Below are positions 9,164 to 18,404 of a stretch of 64,000 nt of DNA, piece by piece. The number at the start of each line of letters is the position of its first letter. Positions within the stretch are counted from its first letter, which is position 1. Where the stretch lies: the NCBI GenBank assembly GCA_964291495.2, contig OZ219872.1, forward strand, positions 768,001 to 832,000, written 5' to 3'. Under the pieces are notes generated by a model. That model did no database searches. It saw only the letters and a program-made list of their open reading frames with translations, and was not told the DNA's origin. The translations under genes and the position numbers were made by a program. The stretch comes from Dehalococcoidia bacterium. GTDB taxonomy: Bacteria > Chloroflexota > Dehalococcoidia > UBA2979.

Positions 9164-10387
9164 CTACTGCTCCCGGATCAGGAACTCCTCGCGCACCCAC
9201 GAGGTGACGCCCTCGGACTGCACACGCAGCCAGCCGGCGCACCGGCCCACGCCGGTCTCCACCAGCTCGACCCGCGTATCGTCGCGCCAGCCCTCGCCCT
9301 GCTCCGAGACGCGAGCGTCGTCGAGGCAGTCATCGCGCAGCGCGACGCCGCTGCCGCCGGTGTTGCCGATGGTCCACGCCTCCAGCGCGGCCGGTTCGAC
9401 CACCTCGATCAGGAAGCGCTCGCGCACCCAGGACTCGATGCCGCCGGACTCCACGCGCAGCCAGCCCACACAGCGATCCTCGCCGACCTCGAGCAGGCGC
9501 ACCTTCGTGTCGTCGACCCAGCCCTCGCCCGGCTGGGAGCTGCGCGCCGAGTCGAGGCAGTCGCTGCGGCGCGCCACGCCCACGCCCCCGGTGTTGCCGA
9601 CGGTCCACGTGGACGACAGCACCCGCCGGATCAGGTACTCCCGCCGCACCCACGACACCTCGTCCTCGGTCTCGACGTGGAGCCAGCCCTCGCAGCGATC
9701 GGCGCCCTCCTCGATCAGCTCGACCCGCGTGTTGTCGGGCCAGCCCTCGCCGCGCGCCGAGTAGCGCGCCTCGTCGGCGCAGTCGTCGCGTAGCGCCACG
9801 CCGGTGCCGCCGGTGTTGCCGATGGTCCACACCGCGACCGGCTCGGGCGTGGGGACGGGCGGCGGCGGCGGGGTGGCGGTGGGCGAGGGGGTCGCGGTCG
9901 CCGTGCGCGCGGGAGCGGCGGTCGCGGTGGGCGTGGGCGTGGCGGTTGAGGTCGGAACGCTCGTCGCCGCGACAGGGGTCGCGGTCACGGGCGGCGAAGG
10001 CTCCGGGTCATCGCCGCCGAGGCGGTCGAACACGAACGCCGAGACGGCGACGGCAACGACGACGACCGCGACCAGCGCTACGAGGATCCATTGCCAGTTG
10101 CGGCCGCCCTCGGTCCGCTCCCGTTGCCGCGCACGCTCCTCCTGCTGGGCCTGGAGCGGCAGCTCGGCCCGCGAGGTGAGGTGCCAGTAGCCGCAGGCGG
10201 GCTCGCGGTAGGCGCGCAGCAGGACGCGCTCCGCGCGGGCAGCATCCGCGGCGGCCTGCGCTTCTTCCTCGCCTGCGTAGACGATCTTGTCGCAGCGCCG
10301 GCAGCGCGTTCGTCCCTGTCCGTCGCGGTAGGCCGCGCCCCCTCCGGTAAGGCTCACGCCCGGCCACCCCCCAGGCTCGCCGGCCAC
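9164..10387 (-). CDS. Membrane-anchored protein: N-terminal Cys/His module, TM helix, Pro/Thr linker, three SH3b-like repeats
   Basis: Three repeats WT(I/V)GNTGGxGVAxRxDC...GEGWxDxTxV...CxGWLxV...SWVRxx(Y/F)L; start uncertain. Confidence 0.8.
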   Translation of the reverse strand: MAGEPGGWPGVSLTGGGAAYRDGQGRTRCRRCDKIVYAGEEEAQAAADAARAERVLLRAYREPACGYWHLTSRAELPLQAQQEERARQRERTEGGRNWQWILVALVAVVVVAVAVSAFVFDRLGGDDPEPSPPVTATPVAATSVPTSTATPTPTATAAPARTATATPSPTATPPPPPVPTPEPVAVWTIGNTGGTGVALRDDCADEARYSARGEGWPDNTRVELIEEGADRCEGWLHVETEDEVSWVRREYLIRRVLSSTWTVGNTGGVGVARRSDCLDSARSSQPGEGWVDDTKVRLLEVGEDRCVGWLRVESGGIESWVRERFLIEVVEPAALEAWTIGNTGGSGVALRDDCLDDARVSEQGEGWRDDTRVELVETGVGRCAGWLRVQSEGVTSWVREEFLIREQ

Positions 10388-10448
10388 GCCGGCGCAGGTT
10401 CGCGCCCTCCGATGACGGCGCCGCCGAGCGCAGCGAGTCCCGCCGCGG

Positions 10449-10883
10449 CTACCCCTCGCGCGAGGGGAGCACGACGACGGCCGTGCCCGGCGCGGTCGCC
10501 GCGCCGTCCTGGTTGATCACGTTGATGTCGAAGGTGACGACGTGCTCGCCGTCCTCGACCGTCTTCTCGCTGACCACGCAGCGCGTGGTCAGCACGTCGT
10601 GCTTGTGGTTGATCGCCCGGAACTGCATCGACAGCCCCCGGATCTCGGCCTCGTCGCCGGCCCAGTCCTGGAGGGCGTTGATCACGTACGCCCAGCGCAG
10701 GTTGCCCATCCCGAAGGCGGCGCCCTGCCCGGCGGCCTTGCCGACGTCGTCGTCCATGTGGACGAAGACGAACTCGTCGTTCACGGCGGCGTAGCGATTC
10801 CAGTTCATGAAGTCCGTCTTGCGCTCGAAAGCGGGGATTTCCTGCCCGATCTCGACGTCTTCGTAGTAGACGTTGTTGGCCAC
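10449..10883 (-). CDS. MaoC-family (hotdog) dehydratase
   Basis: YYEDVEIGQE, NDEFVFVHMDD motif; GGAGG SD before GTG. Confidence 0.85.
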   Translation of the reverse strand: MANNVYYEDVEIGQEIPAFERKTDFMNWNRYAAVNDEFVFVHMDDDVGKAAGQGAAFGMGNLRWAYVINALQDWAGDEAEIRGLSMQFRAINHKHDVLTTRCVVSEKTVEDGEHVVTFDINVINQDGAATAPGTAVVVLPSREG

Positions 10884-10906
10884 GGTTTGGTTCCTCCGAT
10901 CCCCGG

Positions 10907-11407
10907 CTAGTAACGGATGCCGGTCGAGATACGGCGGCGCACCAGCTCGCCGTCCTGGTTGTGCCACTCGATCTCGGTGTAGGTGAAGAGCGTCAAGCCC
11001 AACCGGCCGGTGCGCTCCTCCCAGTGCGAGAGGCGGGTGCGCAAGGTCATCACGTCGCCCGGCCGGATCGGCGCGAACCAGGTGTCGGCCTGCCCGCCGT
11101 TGAGGATGTTCTCGCCCTTCTTGGGCGTCTGCCCCGGCCGCGCGCCCGCCGAAGGCGGCCCGGGCGGCCGGTCGACCGGCCAGGCGAAGGGATTGAAGTC
11201 GCGAGGCGCGATGATCCCGCCCCACTTCGTGCCGCGCGCGTACTCCTCGTCCCAGTAGAGGGGCGGCGGCTTGTCCGGCCAGTAGGTCGCGATCGCCCAC
11301 TTGCGTATGTCGGACTCGGTCACGGGGTGCGACGTCGTTTCGTCGCCCCACACGCCCTTGGCCTGGATCATCTCCTCGGTGACCAGCGTCTCCGGTTCTT
11401 CACTCAT
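10907..11407 (-). CDS. MaoC dehydratase N-terminal/FAS1-like hotdog partner
   Basis: VTESDIRKWAIA, LYWDEEYARGTKWGGIIAP, LNGG, PIRPGD. Confidence 0.85.
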   Translation of the reverse strand: MSEEPETLVTEEMIQAKGVWGDETTSHPVTESDIRKWAIATYWPDKPPPLYWDEEYARGTKWGGIIAPRDFNPFAWPVDRPPGPPSAGARPGQTPKKGENILNGGQADTWFAPIRPGDVMTLRTRLSHWEERTGRLGLTLFTYTEIEWHNQDGELVRRRISTGIRY

Positions 11408-11545
11408 CGTCGTCAGCGCCTCCATCCGTCCGGCACTACGTAGCATATCCCGCGCGCCCGCGCGCGGCTCCCGATCGGGGCGCACAGCATGGCGCGTGCT
11501 ATACATACCCGCGTCCGCCCCCGGAAGCGTGAACGGAGACCGGCC

Positions 11546-12733
11546 ATGGCCGCAGACAACGAGCGCTCGATTCGCGGCAAGGTCGCCGTCGCAGGCGTCG
11601 CCGAGACCACCTACTACAAGCAGAGCCAGGCCGAGGACTCCGAGTTCAAGATGTGCCTGGACGCGATCATCGCCGCCGCCGCGGACGCCGGCATCGAGGT
11701 CTCCGAGCTCGACGGCTTCGCCTCGTACGCCACCGAGCGCAGCATGCCGGACCGCATCGCCACCGCGCTCGGGCTGCCGGAGCACAAGCTCAGCAACCTC
11801 GTCTGGGGCGGCGGCGGGGGTGGCGGATCGGGCGCCGTCGCGAACGGCGCGGCGGCGATCGCCGCCGGCTACGCGGACGCAGTGGTCGTCTACCGCTCGC
11901 TGGCGCAGGGCCAGTTCGGGCGCTTCGGCCAGGCTCGCGGCGGCCCCCGCGCCGAGGGGCCGCTCGGCTACGCACAGCCCTACGGGGTGCTCTCCCCCGC
12001 GCAGCAGTACGCGATGCGCGTGCGGCGCTTCATGCACGAGCACGGCGTGCAGCAGGAGGCGCTCCGCGCCGTCTCGCTCGCCAGCTACCAGCACGCGCAG
12101 CACAACCCGCGCGCCGTGATGAACGGCAGGCCGCTCGACGAGGCGACCTACGACGCCTCACGCTGGATCGTCGAACCGTTCCACCTCTTCGACTGCTGCC
12201 AGGAGAACGACGGCGCCGCCGCGATGATCCTCGTGCCCGCCGAGCGGGCGCGCGACCTCCAGCAGAAGCCCGCCTACATCCTCGGCGCGGCGCAGGGCTC
12301 CGGGCACCGCCAGGCCGCCAGCTGGCACAACGCGCCCGACTACGGGACGGCGAACTTCAAGGCGCTCGCCCCGCGCCTCTACGCGCAGGCCGGCGTCGGC
12401 CCCGAGGACGTCGACGTACTGCAGAGCTACGAGAACTTCACCGGCTGCGTGATGGTCAGCATCGTCGAGCACGGCTTCTGCCGGCCGGACGAGGTGAACG
12501 AGTTCTTCACGCTGGAGAACTTCTCCGCGCCGGACGGGCGGCTGCCGCTCAACACCAGCGGCGGCAACCTCGCCGAGTGCTACATGCACGGCCTGGAGCT
12601 GAACATCGAAGCCGTCCGCCAGATCCGCGGCCACTCGACCCGCCAGATTCCCAACGTCGAGGTCTCGATGGTGACCTCGGGGCCGATGGTGCAACCGGTG
12701 AGCAGCGTGATCCTCGGCAGCGAGCCGGGGTAG
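11546..12733 (+). CDS. Thiolase-like/lipid-transfer protein (Ltp2/SCP2-thiolase type)
   Basis: AVAGVAET, HLFDCCQENDGAAA, YENFT, PLNTSGGNLAECYMHG. Confidence 0.88.
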   Translation: MAADNERSIRGKVAVAGVAETTYYKQSQAEDSEFKMCLDAIIAAAADAGIEVSELDGFASYATERSMPDRIATALGLPEHKLSNLVWGGGGGGGSGAVANGAAAIAAGYADAVVVYRSLAQGQFGRFGQARGGPRAEGPLGYAQPYGVLSPAQQYAMRVRRFMHEHGVQQEALRAVSLASYQHAQHNPRAVMNGRPLDEATYDASRWIVEPFHLFDCCQENDGAAAMILVPAERARDLQQKPAYILGAAQGSGHRQAASWHNAPDYGTANFKALAPRLYAQAGVGPEDVDVLQSYENFTGCVMVSIVEHGFCRPDEVNEFFTLENFSAPDGRLPLNTSGGNLAECYMHGLELNIEAVRQIRGHSTRQIPNVEVSMVTSGPMVQPVSSVILGSEPG

Positions 12734-12739
12734 CAGCGC
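12680..12739 (+). repeat. 60-bp direct repeat copy 1 (3' end of thiolase gene)
   Basis: Matches 14143-14202 with one mismatch (CAA/CAG). Confidence 0.95.
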
Positions 12740-12912
12740 CCCATACTGGTCGACGGGAATCGAGGCCCTCGAGGCCGCCTCACGCATGCCGCGCGTCACG
12801 AGCTTGCCGGTGGGCGAGTCGCCAGCGTGCTCGGTGATGGAGAGTGCGTCCCATGCTGAGTGGCGACAAGCAGCTTCGCGGTCAGCCTAGCCGGCCAGCA
12901 TCAGCAGTCGAA

Positions 12913-14091
12913 TCAAGGTGATTCACCTTGCGTCAGACTGAGCGCGATCTCGATCACGTCATTGATGTCGAGACGGTCGTCTTCCGCGACGACGGAGTAG
13001 TACATGCGTGTCTCGGCATCGAAGAGCTCGACTACGGGCAGGAAGGCGCCCTCCGCATCCGCCGCTCGTCCGGAGTAGCCCACGATCGCATGACGGCCGT
13101 CAACGATGCGGGCGGCACGACTCCAACCCGATGGGACTTCGGCGGGGTCGGACAGGAGCATGAGCTTCCCGTCGACGCGGCCGTGGTATGTCACTGAGAG
13201 CCGAAGGCCAACTTCCCCATGCTCGTTCACGTATCGAGCAAAGTAGCCGTACAGAGGGTGAATCGGGTCGTCGTACCAGAGAGCACTGTCGATCGTCCAG
13301 CCTTCTGGTACGGCCGCGTCCCGCCACCACGGGTGGACTCCGTCGCATCCTGGCACCTCGCCATCACGCCACAAGATAGGGAGCTTGTAGGAGTAGTCCT
13401 CCGGGTCTACATCACCGTATGCGTCGTCGTCACGACAAGGCAGCTTGGCGACCTCTGCGATGTGATCTGGCAGTACGAAGTCGGGCCAGAACACAGGGCG
13501 TGGTGGCAGAGTCGGAGCGCTTCCACTGGACTTCGGCGTGAGGGGGTAGAGCATCCACACTCCGTGTCTTGCAAGGCTGGTGGGGAACGAGAGATCACGC
13601 GACGGCCAGATGATCTGATGCGTACTCCGCGGCCCCTCCCAAACCACGTACCCGCTACAGTCGGGGGTTCCATCCCGTACGTAGGGGTCGTTGGGCGGAG
13701 CCCAGGTGTATGCCTTCACTCCAAAGTCGCGTACCTGGAACCTGCCCGTCGGAGGAAGGAGCGCGGTTATCGCGTAGCGCGCCCAGCATGAATCCGACTG
13801 CCGCCACTCAACAACATCTCCCACCTTCACCGTATCCAGGAAGGCGGCCAGCGAAGGATCATCCTCGAAGTTGATACGAAGCACCGTGGCCTCGGTGCGC
13901 AACTGGTCATAGGTCCGCGCCACGTTGGGTGAGGAATATATCGAGTCTTCATAGGGCTCAAGCAAGAAAGTGTACTTGCCAGGCCCATTGGCATAACCGT
14001 GCTGGTCGAAGGTACTGTAGTCTTCACCGCCGCCCGATGTGCAGCTAAAGGATGCAAGGAGGAGTATCCACGTCAGCCAAGCCATCCTCAT
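12913..14091 (-). CDS. Hypothetical lipoprotein, lower-GC cassette
   Basis: MRMAWLTWILLLASFSC lipoprotein signal; more A/T at third codon positions than flanks. Confidence 0.75.
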   Translation of the reverse strand: MRMAWLTWILLLASFSCTSGGGEDYSTFDQHGYANGPGKYTFLLEPYEDSIYSSPNVARTYDQLRTEATVLRINFEDDPSLAAFLDTVKVGDVVEWRQSDSCWARYAITALLPPTGRFQVRDFGVKAYTWAPPNDPYVRDGTPDCSGYVVWEGPRSTHQIIWPSRDLSFPTSLARHGVWMLYPLTPKSSGSAPTLPPRPVFWPDFVLPDHIAEVAKLPCRDDDAYGDVDPEDYSYKLPILWRDGEVPGCDGVHPWWRDAAVPEGWTIDSALWYDDPIHPLYGYFARYVNEHGEVGLRLSVTYHGRVDGKLMLLSDPAEVPSGWSRAARIVDGRHAIVGYSGRAADAEGAFLPVVELFDAETRMYYSVVAEDDRLDINDVIEIALSLTQGESP

Positions 14092-14142
14092 TGAACATCT
14101 CCACTCCCCGCTTGCTCACACACCCCGGAGGTTCGGTGCATC

Positions 14143-14202
14143 GGGCCGATGGTGCAGCCGGTGAGCAGCGTGATCCTCGGCAGCGAGCCGGGGTAGCAGC
14201 GC
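14143..14202 (+). repeat. 60-bp direct repeat copy 2
   Basis: gggccgatggtgcagccggtgagcagcgtgatcctcggcagcgagccggggtagcagcgc. Confidence 0.95.
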
Positions 14203-14211
14203 TCCGAGGAA

Positions 14212-15171
14212 CTAGATCGGCGGCAGGCCGTGCCGGGCGCGGAGCTTGCCGATCGTGCTCGCCAGGCCCTCGCGCAGCGTCCAGGCCGGGCGGAAGCCGA
14301 TCTCGCGCTCCGTCCCCTCGCGGTCGTAGCCGGCGCGGATCCGCATCGGCGCGTCGCTGCGCACCTCGATCCGGGCGTCCGGCAGCAGCTCGCGCACCAC
14401 GTCCGCCACGTCGCTCACGCGCACGTCGTCGCCCGTCACCGTGAGCGCGAGCGAGGGCGTGTTCTGCGCGTCGGCGGCGAGCACGATCGCGCGCGCGCAG
14501 TCCTCGACGTAGGAGAAGTCCTGCACGTCATCGCCGTTGGTGACGAGCCCGGGCTGGCCGAGCGCCGGCCTGTCGATCAGCGCGTCCAGGTGCGTGACGG
14601 CGCTGCCTCGCTGCACGGTGAAGGACTTGCCGTAGCCGTAGACGATCGTGAAGCGCAGCCCCACCACGTCCAGCCCTCGATCGCGGCGGTAGGTCGCGGT
14701 GCAGCGCTCGAGGAAGGCCTTGCTCGCCCCGTAGAGGTTGACCGGCGCGTGGTAGTCGTCGTTGCGCACCGTGCCGCCCAGCTCGTCCGGACCGCGCCCG
14801 AAGGCGGCGATCGAGGAGGCCCACACGACCTTCCGCGCGCCGACGGCGAGCGCGGCCTCGAAGGCGTGGAGCGTGCCCTCGAGGTTGACCCGCACGGCGC
14901 GCAGCGGGTTCTCCTCGCTCGAGTCGGTGAGCAGCGAGGCAAGGTGCACCACGCGCTCGGCGCCCGCGTCCTTCATCGCGTGCAGCAGCGCGGGCATGTC
15001 GGTCACGTCGCCGCGCACGATGCTCGCCTCGCCGGCGTCGCCGGCGATCTCGTCGAGGAACTCCTCTTGCGGGGCCAGCTCGAAGATCGTGACCTCGTGC
15101 CCGGCCTGCAGTAGGTCGCGGACGAGGTAGGCGCCGATGAAGCCGGTGCCGCCGGTAACGAAGTAACGCAT
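14212..15171 (-). CDS. NAD-dependent epimerase/dehydratase
   Basis: MRYFVTGGTGFIG, YGASK. Confidence 0.9.
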   Translation of the reverse strand: MRYFVTGGTGFIGAYLVRDLLQAGHEVTIFELAPQEEFLDEIAGDAGEASIVRGDVTDMPALLHAMKDAGAERVVHLASLLTDSSEENPLRAVRVNLEGTLHAFEAALAVGARKVVWASSIAAFGRGPDELGGTVRNDDYHAPVNLYGASKAFLERCTATYRRDRGLDVVGLRFTIVYGYGKSFTVQRGSAVTHLDALIDRPALGQPGLVTNGDDVQDFSYVEDCARAIVLAADAQNTPSLALTVTGDDVRVSDVADVVRELLPDARIEVRSDAPMRIRAGYDREGTEREIGFRPAWTLREGLASTIGKLRARHGLPPI

Positions 15172-16358
15172 CAGACCTCCGGACGCAGTTCCGGGTGCTT
15201 GAGACCCGTACCCGTATTGAACAGCACAATCCGCTCGTCGGGCTCGATCGATCCATCGGCCAGCAGCAGCTCGAGCCCGATCAGCGTGGATGCGCCCTCG
15301 GGGCAGGCGTCGATGCCCTCGAGGCGGCCGAAGCGGCGCATCGCCGGGACGATCGCCTCGTCGGGGACCGCGACCGCCGTGCCGCCGCTCTCGCGCAGGG
15401 TTTGCAGGATCAGGTCGTCGGCGAAGGGGGCAGGCACGCGGATGCCGGGCGCGACCGTCGCCGCGTCCTGCCACGGCTCCGCGCGCGCGGCGCCCTCGTT
15501 CCAGGCCCGCACGATCGGCGCGCAGCCGTCGGACTGCACCACGTACATGCGAGGCCGCTCGCTGCCGATCAGCCCCATCGCCTCCAGCTCGCCGAACGCC
15601 TTCCACATCCCGATCAGCCCGGTGCCGCCGCCGGTGGGGTAGAGCACGACCTCCGGCAACACGCCGTCGAGCTGCTCCCACAGCTCGTAGCCCATCGTCT
15701 TCTTGCCCTCGACGCGGTAGGGCTCCTTGAGCGTCGACATCTCGAACCAGCCGTGCTCGCGGCAGCCCTCGGCGATGAGCCGGCCCGCGTCGTTGATCAG
15801 CCCGTCGATGAGCTGGAGGTCGGCCCCGAGGTTGAGCACCTCCTGGATGATGGCGGCCGGCGTGTCGGCCGGCATCGCGACGTGGGCGATGATGCCGCTG
15901 TGCGCGCAGTAGGCGGCGGCGGCGGAGCCGGCGTTGCCGGCGGTCGGCATACCGACGTCCGTGACGCCGAGGCGCTTCGCCATCGCCATCGCGGCGGCGA
16001 TGCCGCGCGCCTTGAACGAACCGGTCGGGTTGCCGCCCTCGTCCTTCACCAGCAGGTCGCCGCAACCCAGCTCCGCGCCCAGCCGCGGCGCCGCCAGCAG
16101 CGGCGTCATGCCCTCGCCGAGGGAGACCGAGCCGGCCAGCTCACTCCCCGGCATCACCTCGGCGTAGCGCCACATCGAGGCCTCGCGCCCGCCCACGCCC
16201 TCGCGCGTCAGCGTCGCCTTCGCGGCGTCGAGGTCGTAGCGCGCGAAGAGCGCGCGCCCGCACTCGCGACAGATCGTCTGCAACTCGTCGCACTCGTGGC
16301 GCGCGCCGCAGATCGAGCACTCCAGGTGCGTGAGCGTGGATGCGGGCAGCTTCGTCAA
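15171..16358 (-). CDS. thrC: Threonine synthase-like PLP enzyme with N-terminal Zn ribbon
   Basis: SLGEGMTPL, NPTGSFKARG, TAGNAG, EGKKTMGYE, PTGGG, TGTGLK. Confidence 0.8.
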   Translation of the reverse strand: MTKLPASTLTHLECSICGARHECDELQTICRECGRALFARYDLDAAKATLTREGVGGREASMWRYAEVMPGSELAGSVSLGEGMTPLLAAPRLGAELGCGDLLVKDEGGNPTGSFKARGIAAAMAMAKRLGVTDVGMPTAGNAGSAAAAYCAHSGIIAHVAMPADTPAAIIQEVLNLGADLQLIDGLINDAGRLIAEGCREHGWFEMSTLKEPYRVEGKKTMGYELWEQLDGVLPEVVLYPTGGGTGLIGMWKAFGELEAMGLIGSERPRMYVVQSDGCAPIVRAWNEGAARAEPWQDAATVAPGIRVPAPFADDLILQTLRESGGTAVAVPDEAIVPAMRRFGRLEGIDACPEGASTLIGLELLLADGSIEPDERIVLFNTGTGLKHPELRPEV

Positions 16359-16442
16359 CGTCTCAACCTCCAGGCGGCGACCGTGTCCGGGCGGTGCGCT
16401 AGGCTGCTGCGCAGCGAGTCCCGGGAAAGGACACCCCGCGCC

Positions 16443-17390
16443 GTGAGCGCCGCCGCCGCTGACATCCTAATCAGCGAGTTCATGGACGAGGAAGCCGTCG
16501 CGGCCCTGCGCGGCGACTTCGCCGTGCGCTACGAGCCCGGCCTCGCCCAGTCGCGCGGCGATTTGCTGGCCGCCGCCGCCGCGGTACGCGCGCTGATCGT
16601 GCGCAACGTCACGCAGGTCGATCGCGAGCTGCTCGACGCCGCGCCGACCCTCGAGGTTGTCGGGCGGCTCGGCGTGGGCCTCGACAACATCGACCTCGAC
16701 GCCTGCGCGCAGCGCGGCATCGCGGTCTTCCCCGCGACGGGCGCGAACGCGGTCTCGGTCGCCGAGTACGTGCTGGCGGCCATGCTGCAGCTGTGGCGCC
16801 CCGTCTACGGCGCAACGGCGCGCGTCGCGGCCGGCGAGTGGCCGCGACAGGAACTCGGCGGCCACGAGCTGGCGGGATCGCGGCTCGGCCTGATCGGCCT
16901 CGGCTCCGTCGCGCGGACCGTCGCCGAGCGCGCGAGCGCCCTCGGCATGCAGATCGCCGCGTACGACCCGTACATCCCGTCCGACGACCCGGTCTGGGAG
17001 CAGGCCGAACGCTTCGAGGCGCTTCCGGAGCTGCTGCGGTCGAGCGACGCGGTGAGCATCCACGTCCCGCTCACGGACTCGACACGCGGGCTGATCGACG
17101 GCGAGGCGCTGGCGCTACTGCCCTCGCACGCGTTGCTCGTCAACACCTCGCGCGGCGGGATCGTCGACGAGGCGGCGCTGGTCGCCGCGCTGCGCGCCGG
17201 ACGCCTCGGCGGCGCGGCGCTCGACGTCTTCGCGGACGAGCCGCTCCACGCTGCGGCCGGCGCGCGCTTCGAGGGCGTGCCGAACCTGCTGCTCACGCCG
17301 CACATCGCCGGCATCACGGAGGAGTCGAACCGCCGCGTCTCGCTGGTGACGGCGCGGAACGTGGGCCGCGCGCTGCTCGGCGAGGACTGA
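16443..17390 (+). CDS. slcC: D-2-hydroxyacid dehydrogenase, closely resembling (S)-sulfolactate dehydrogenase
   Basis: DILISEFMDEEAV, GRLGVGLDNID, PATGANAVSVAEYV, GEWPRQ, TPHIAGITEESN resemble SlcC as recalled; not checked by search. Confidence 0.75.
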   Translation: MSAAAADILISEFMDEEAVAALRGDFAVRYEPGLAQSRGDLLAAAAAVRALIVRNVTQVDRELLDAAPTLEVVGRLGVGLDNIDLDACAQRGIAVFPATGANAVSVAEYVLAAMLQLWRPVYGATARVAAGEWPRQELGGHELAGSRLGLIGLGSVARTVAERASALGMQIAAYDPYIPSDDPVWEQAERFEALPELLRSSDAVSIHVPLTDSTRGLIDGEALALLPSHALLVNTSRGGIVDEAALVAALRAGRLGGAALDVFADEPLHAAAGARFEGVPNLLLTPHIAGITEESNRRVSLVTARNVGRALLGED

Positions 17391-17489
17391 GGCTCGCCCT
17401 CGGCGCGCGCGGCGCACCGGAGCGCGCGTTGGCCCGGAGGTTGATACACTCCCGCCGCTGATCAGCAACGAGACGGGCGAGGAACGGGC

Positions 17490-18404
17490 ATGGCGGAAGC
17501 GAGCGCGGGGCGACTCCTCAGCGAGGTGCCGCCCGAACAGCAGCACGGCATCTTCGCCAACCTCAAGAAGTTCTTCGTCCACTACTCCCTCGGTGCGGGC
17601 GCGCTCTGCGTGCTGGTCGTCATCGTCCTCGGCGCTGCGCTTGCGCCCCTCTACGTTCCCAGCGACCCGCTGGAGGCCGACTTCTCGGCGCTCCGGGCCG
17701 CTCCCTCCGGCGAGCACTGGTTCGGCACGGACCGGATCGGCCGCGATGTCTTCTCCCGCGTCATCTACGGCGCGCGCTCCACGCTGATCATCGCCTTCAT
17801 CGCGGTGGCGCTCGGTGACGGTTTCGGCTTCACGATCGGCATCATCAGCGCCTACGCGGGCGGCCGCTTCGACCTGATCAGCCAGCGCGTGCTCGAGGTG
17901 TTCCTCGCGCTCCCGGCGCTGATCCTCGCGCTGCTGCTCGGCGTCGCGATCGGCAAGGGCCTGGACAGCATCATCATCGCCATCGCGGTGACGCGGGTCC
18001 CCGACTCCGCCCGTGTCGTGCGCTCGCGCGTGCTCTCGATCAAGGAGGAACCGTACGTCGAGGCCGCGCGCGTGATCGGCAGCACCCCGCTGCGTGTCGC
18101 GGTGCGCCATGTCGCCCCGCAGACGCTCAGCCTCTTCCTCGTGATCTTCAGCATCAACCTCGGCTTTGCCGTCTTCGCCGAGGCCGCGCTCTCCTACCTC
18201 GGCGTGGGCGTGCGCCCGCCGACGCCGACCTGGGGCAACATGCTCGGCGCGGAGACCTCGCACGTCTTCAGGCCGCTGTGGTGGATGTTCTTCTTCCCGG
18301 GCACCGCGATCGTCGTCACCGTGCTCGCGATGAACCTGCTCGGCGACGCGATTCGTGACTTCGCCGACCCGCGCGCCGCCGAGCGCCGCGAGGAGAACCA
18401 GTAG
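17490..18404 (+). CDS. Dpp/Opp ABC transporter permease (DppC-like)
   Basis: HWFGTDRIGRDVFSRVIYGAR, YVEAAR, EAALSYLG, WGNML. Confidence 0.92.
   Translation: MAEASAGRLLSEVPPEQQHGIFANLKKFFVHYSLGAGALCVLVVIVLGAALAPLYVPSDPLEADFSALRAAPSGEHWFGTDRIGRDVFSRVIYGARSTLIIAFIAVALGDGFGFTIGIISAYAGGRFDLISQRVLEVFLALPALILALLLGVAIGKGLDSIIIAIAVTRVPDSARVVRSRVLSIKEEPYVEAARVIGSTPLRVAVRHVAPQTLSLFLVIFSINLGFAVFAEAALSYLGVGVRPPTPTWGNMLGAETSHVFRPLWWMFFFPGTAIVVTVLAMNLLGDAIRDFADPRAAERREENQ

Noticed and set aside
9170-9830. Regularly spaced DNA repeats as a CRISPR or DGR-like array
   Set aside because: They are in-frame protein domain repeats with ordinary divergence; no cas or reverse transcriptase gene present
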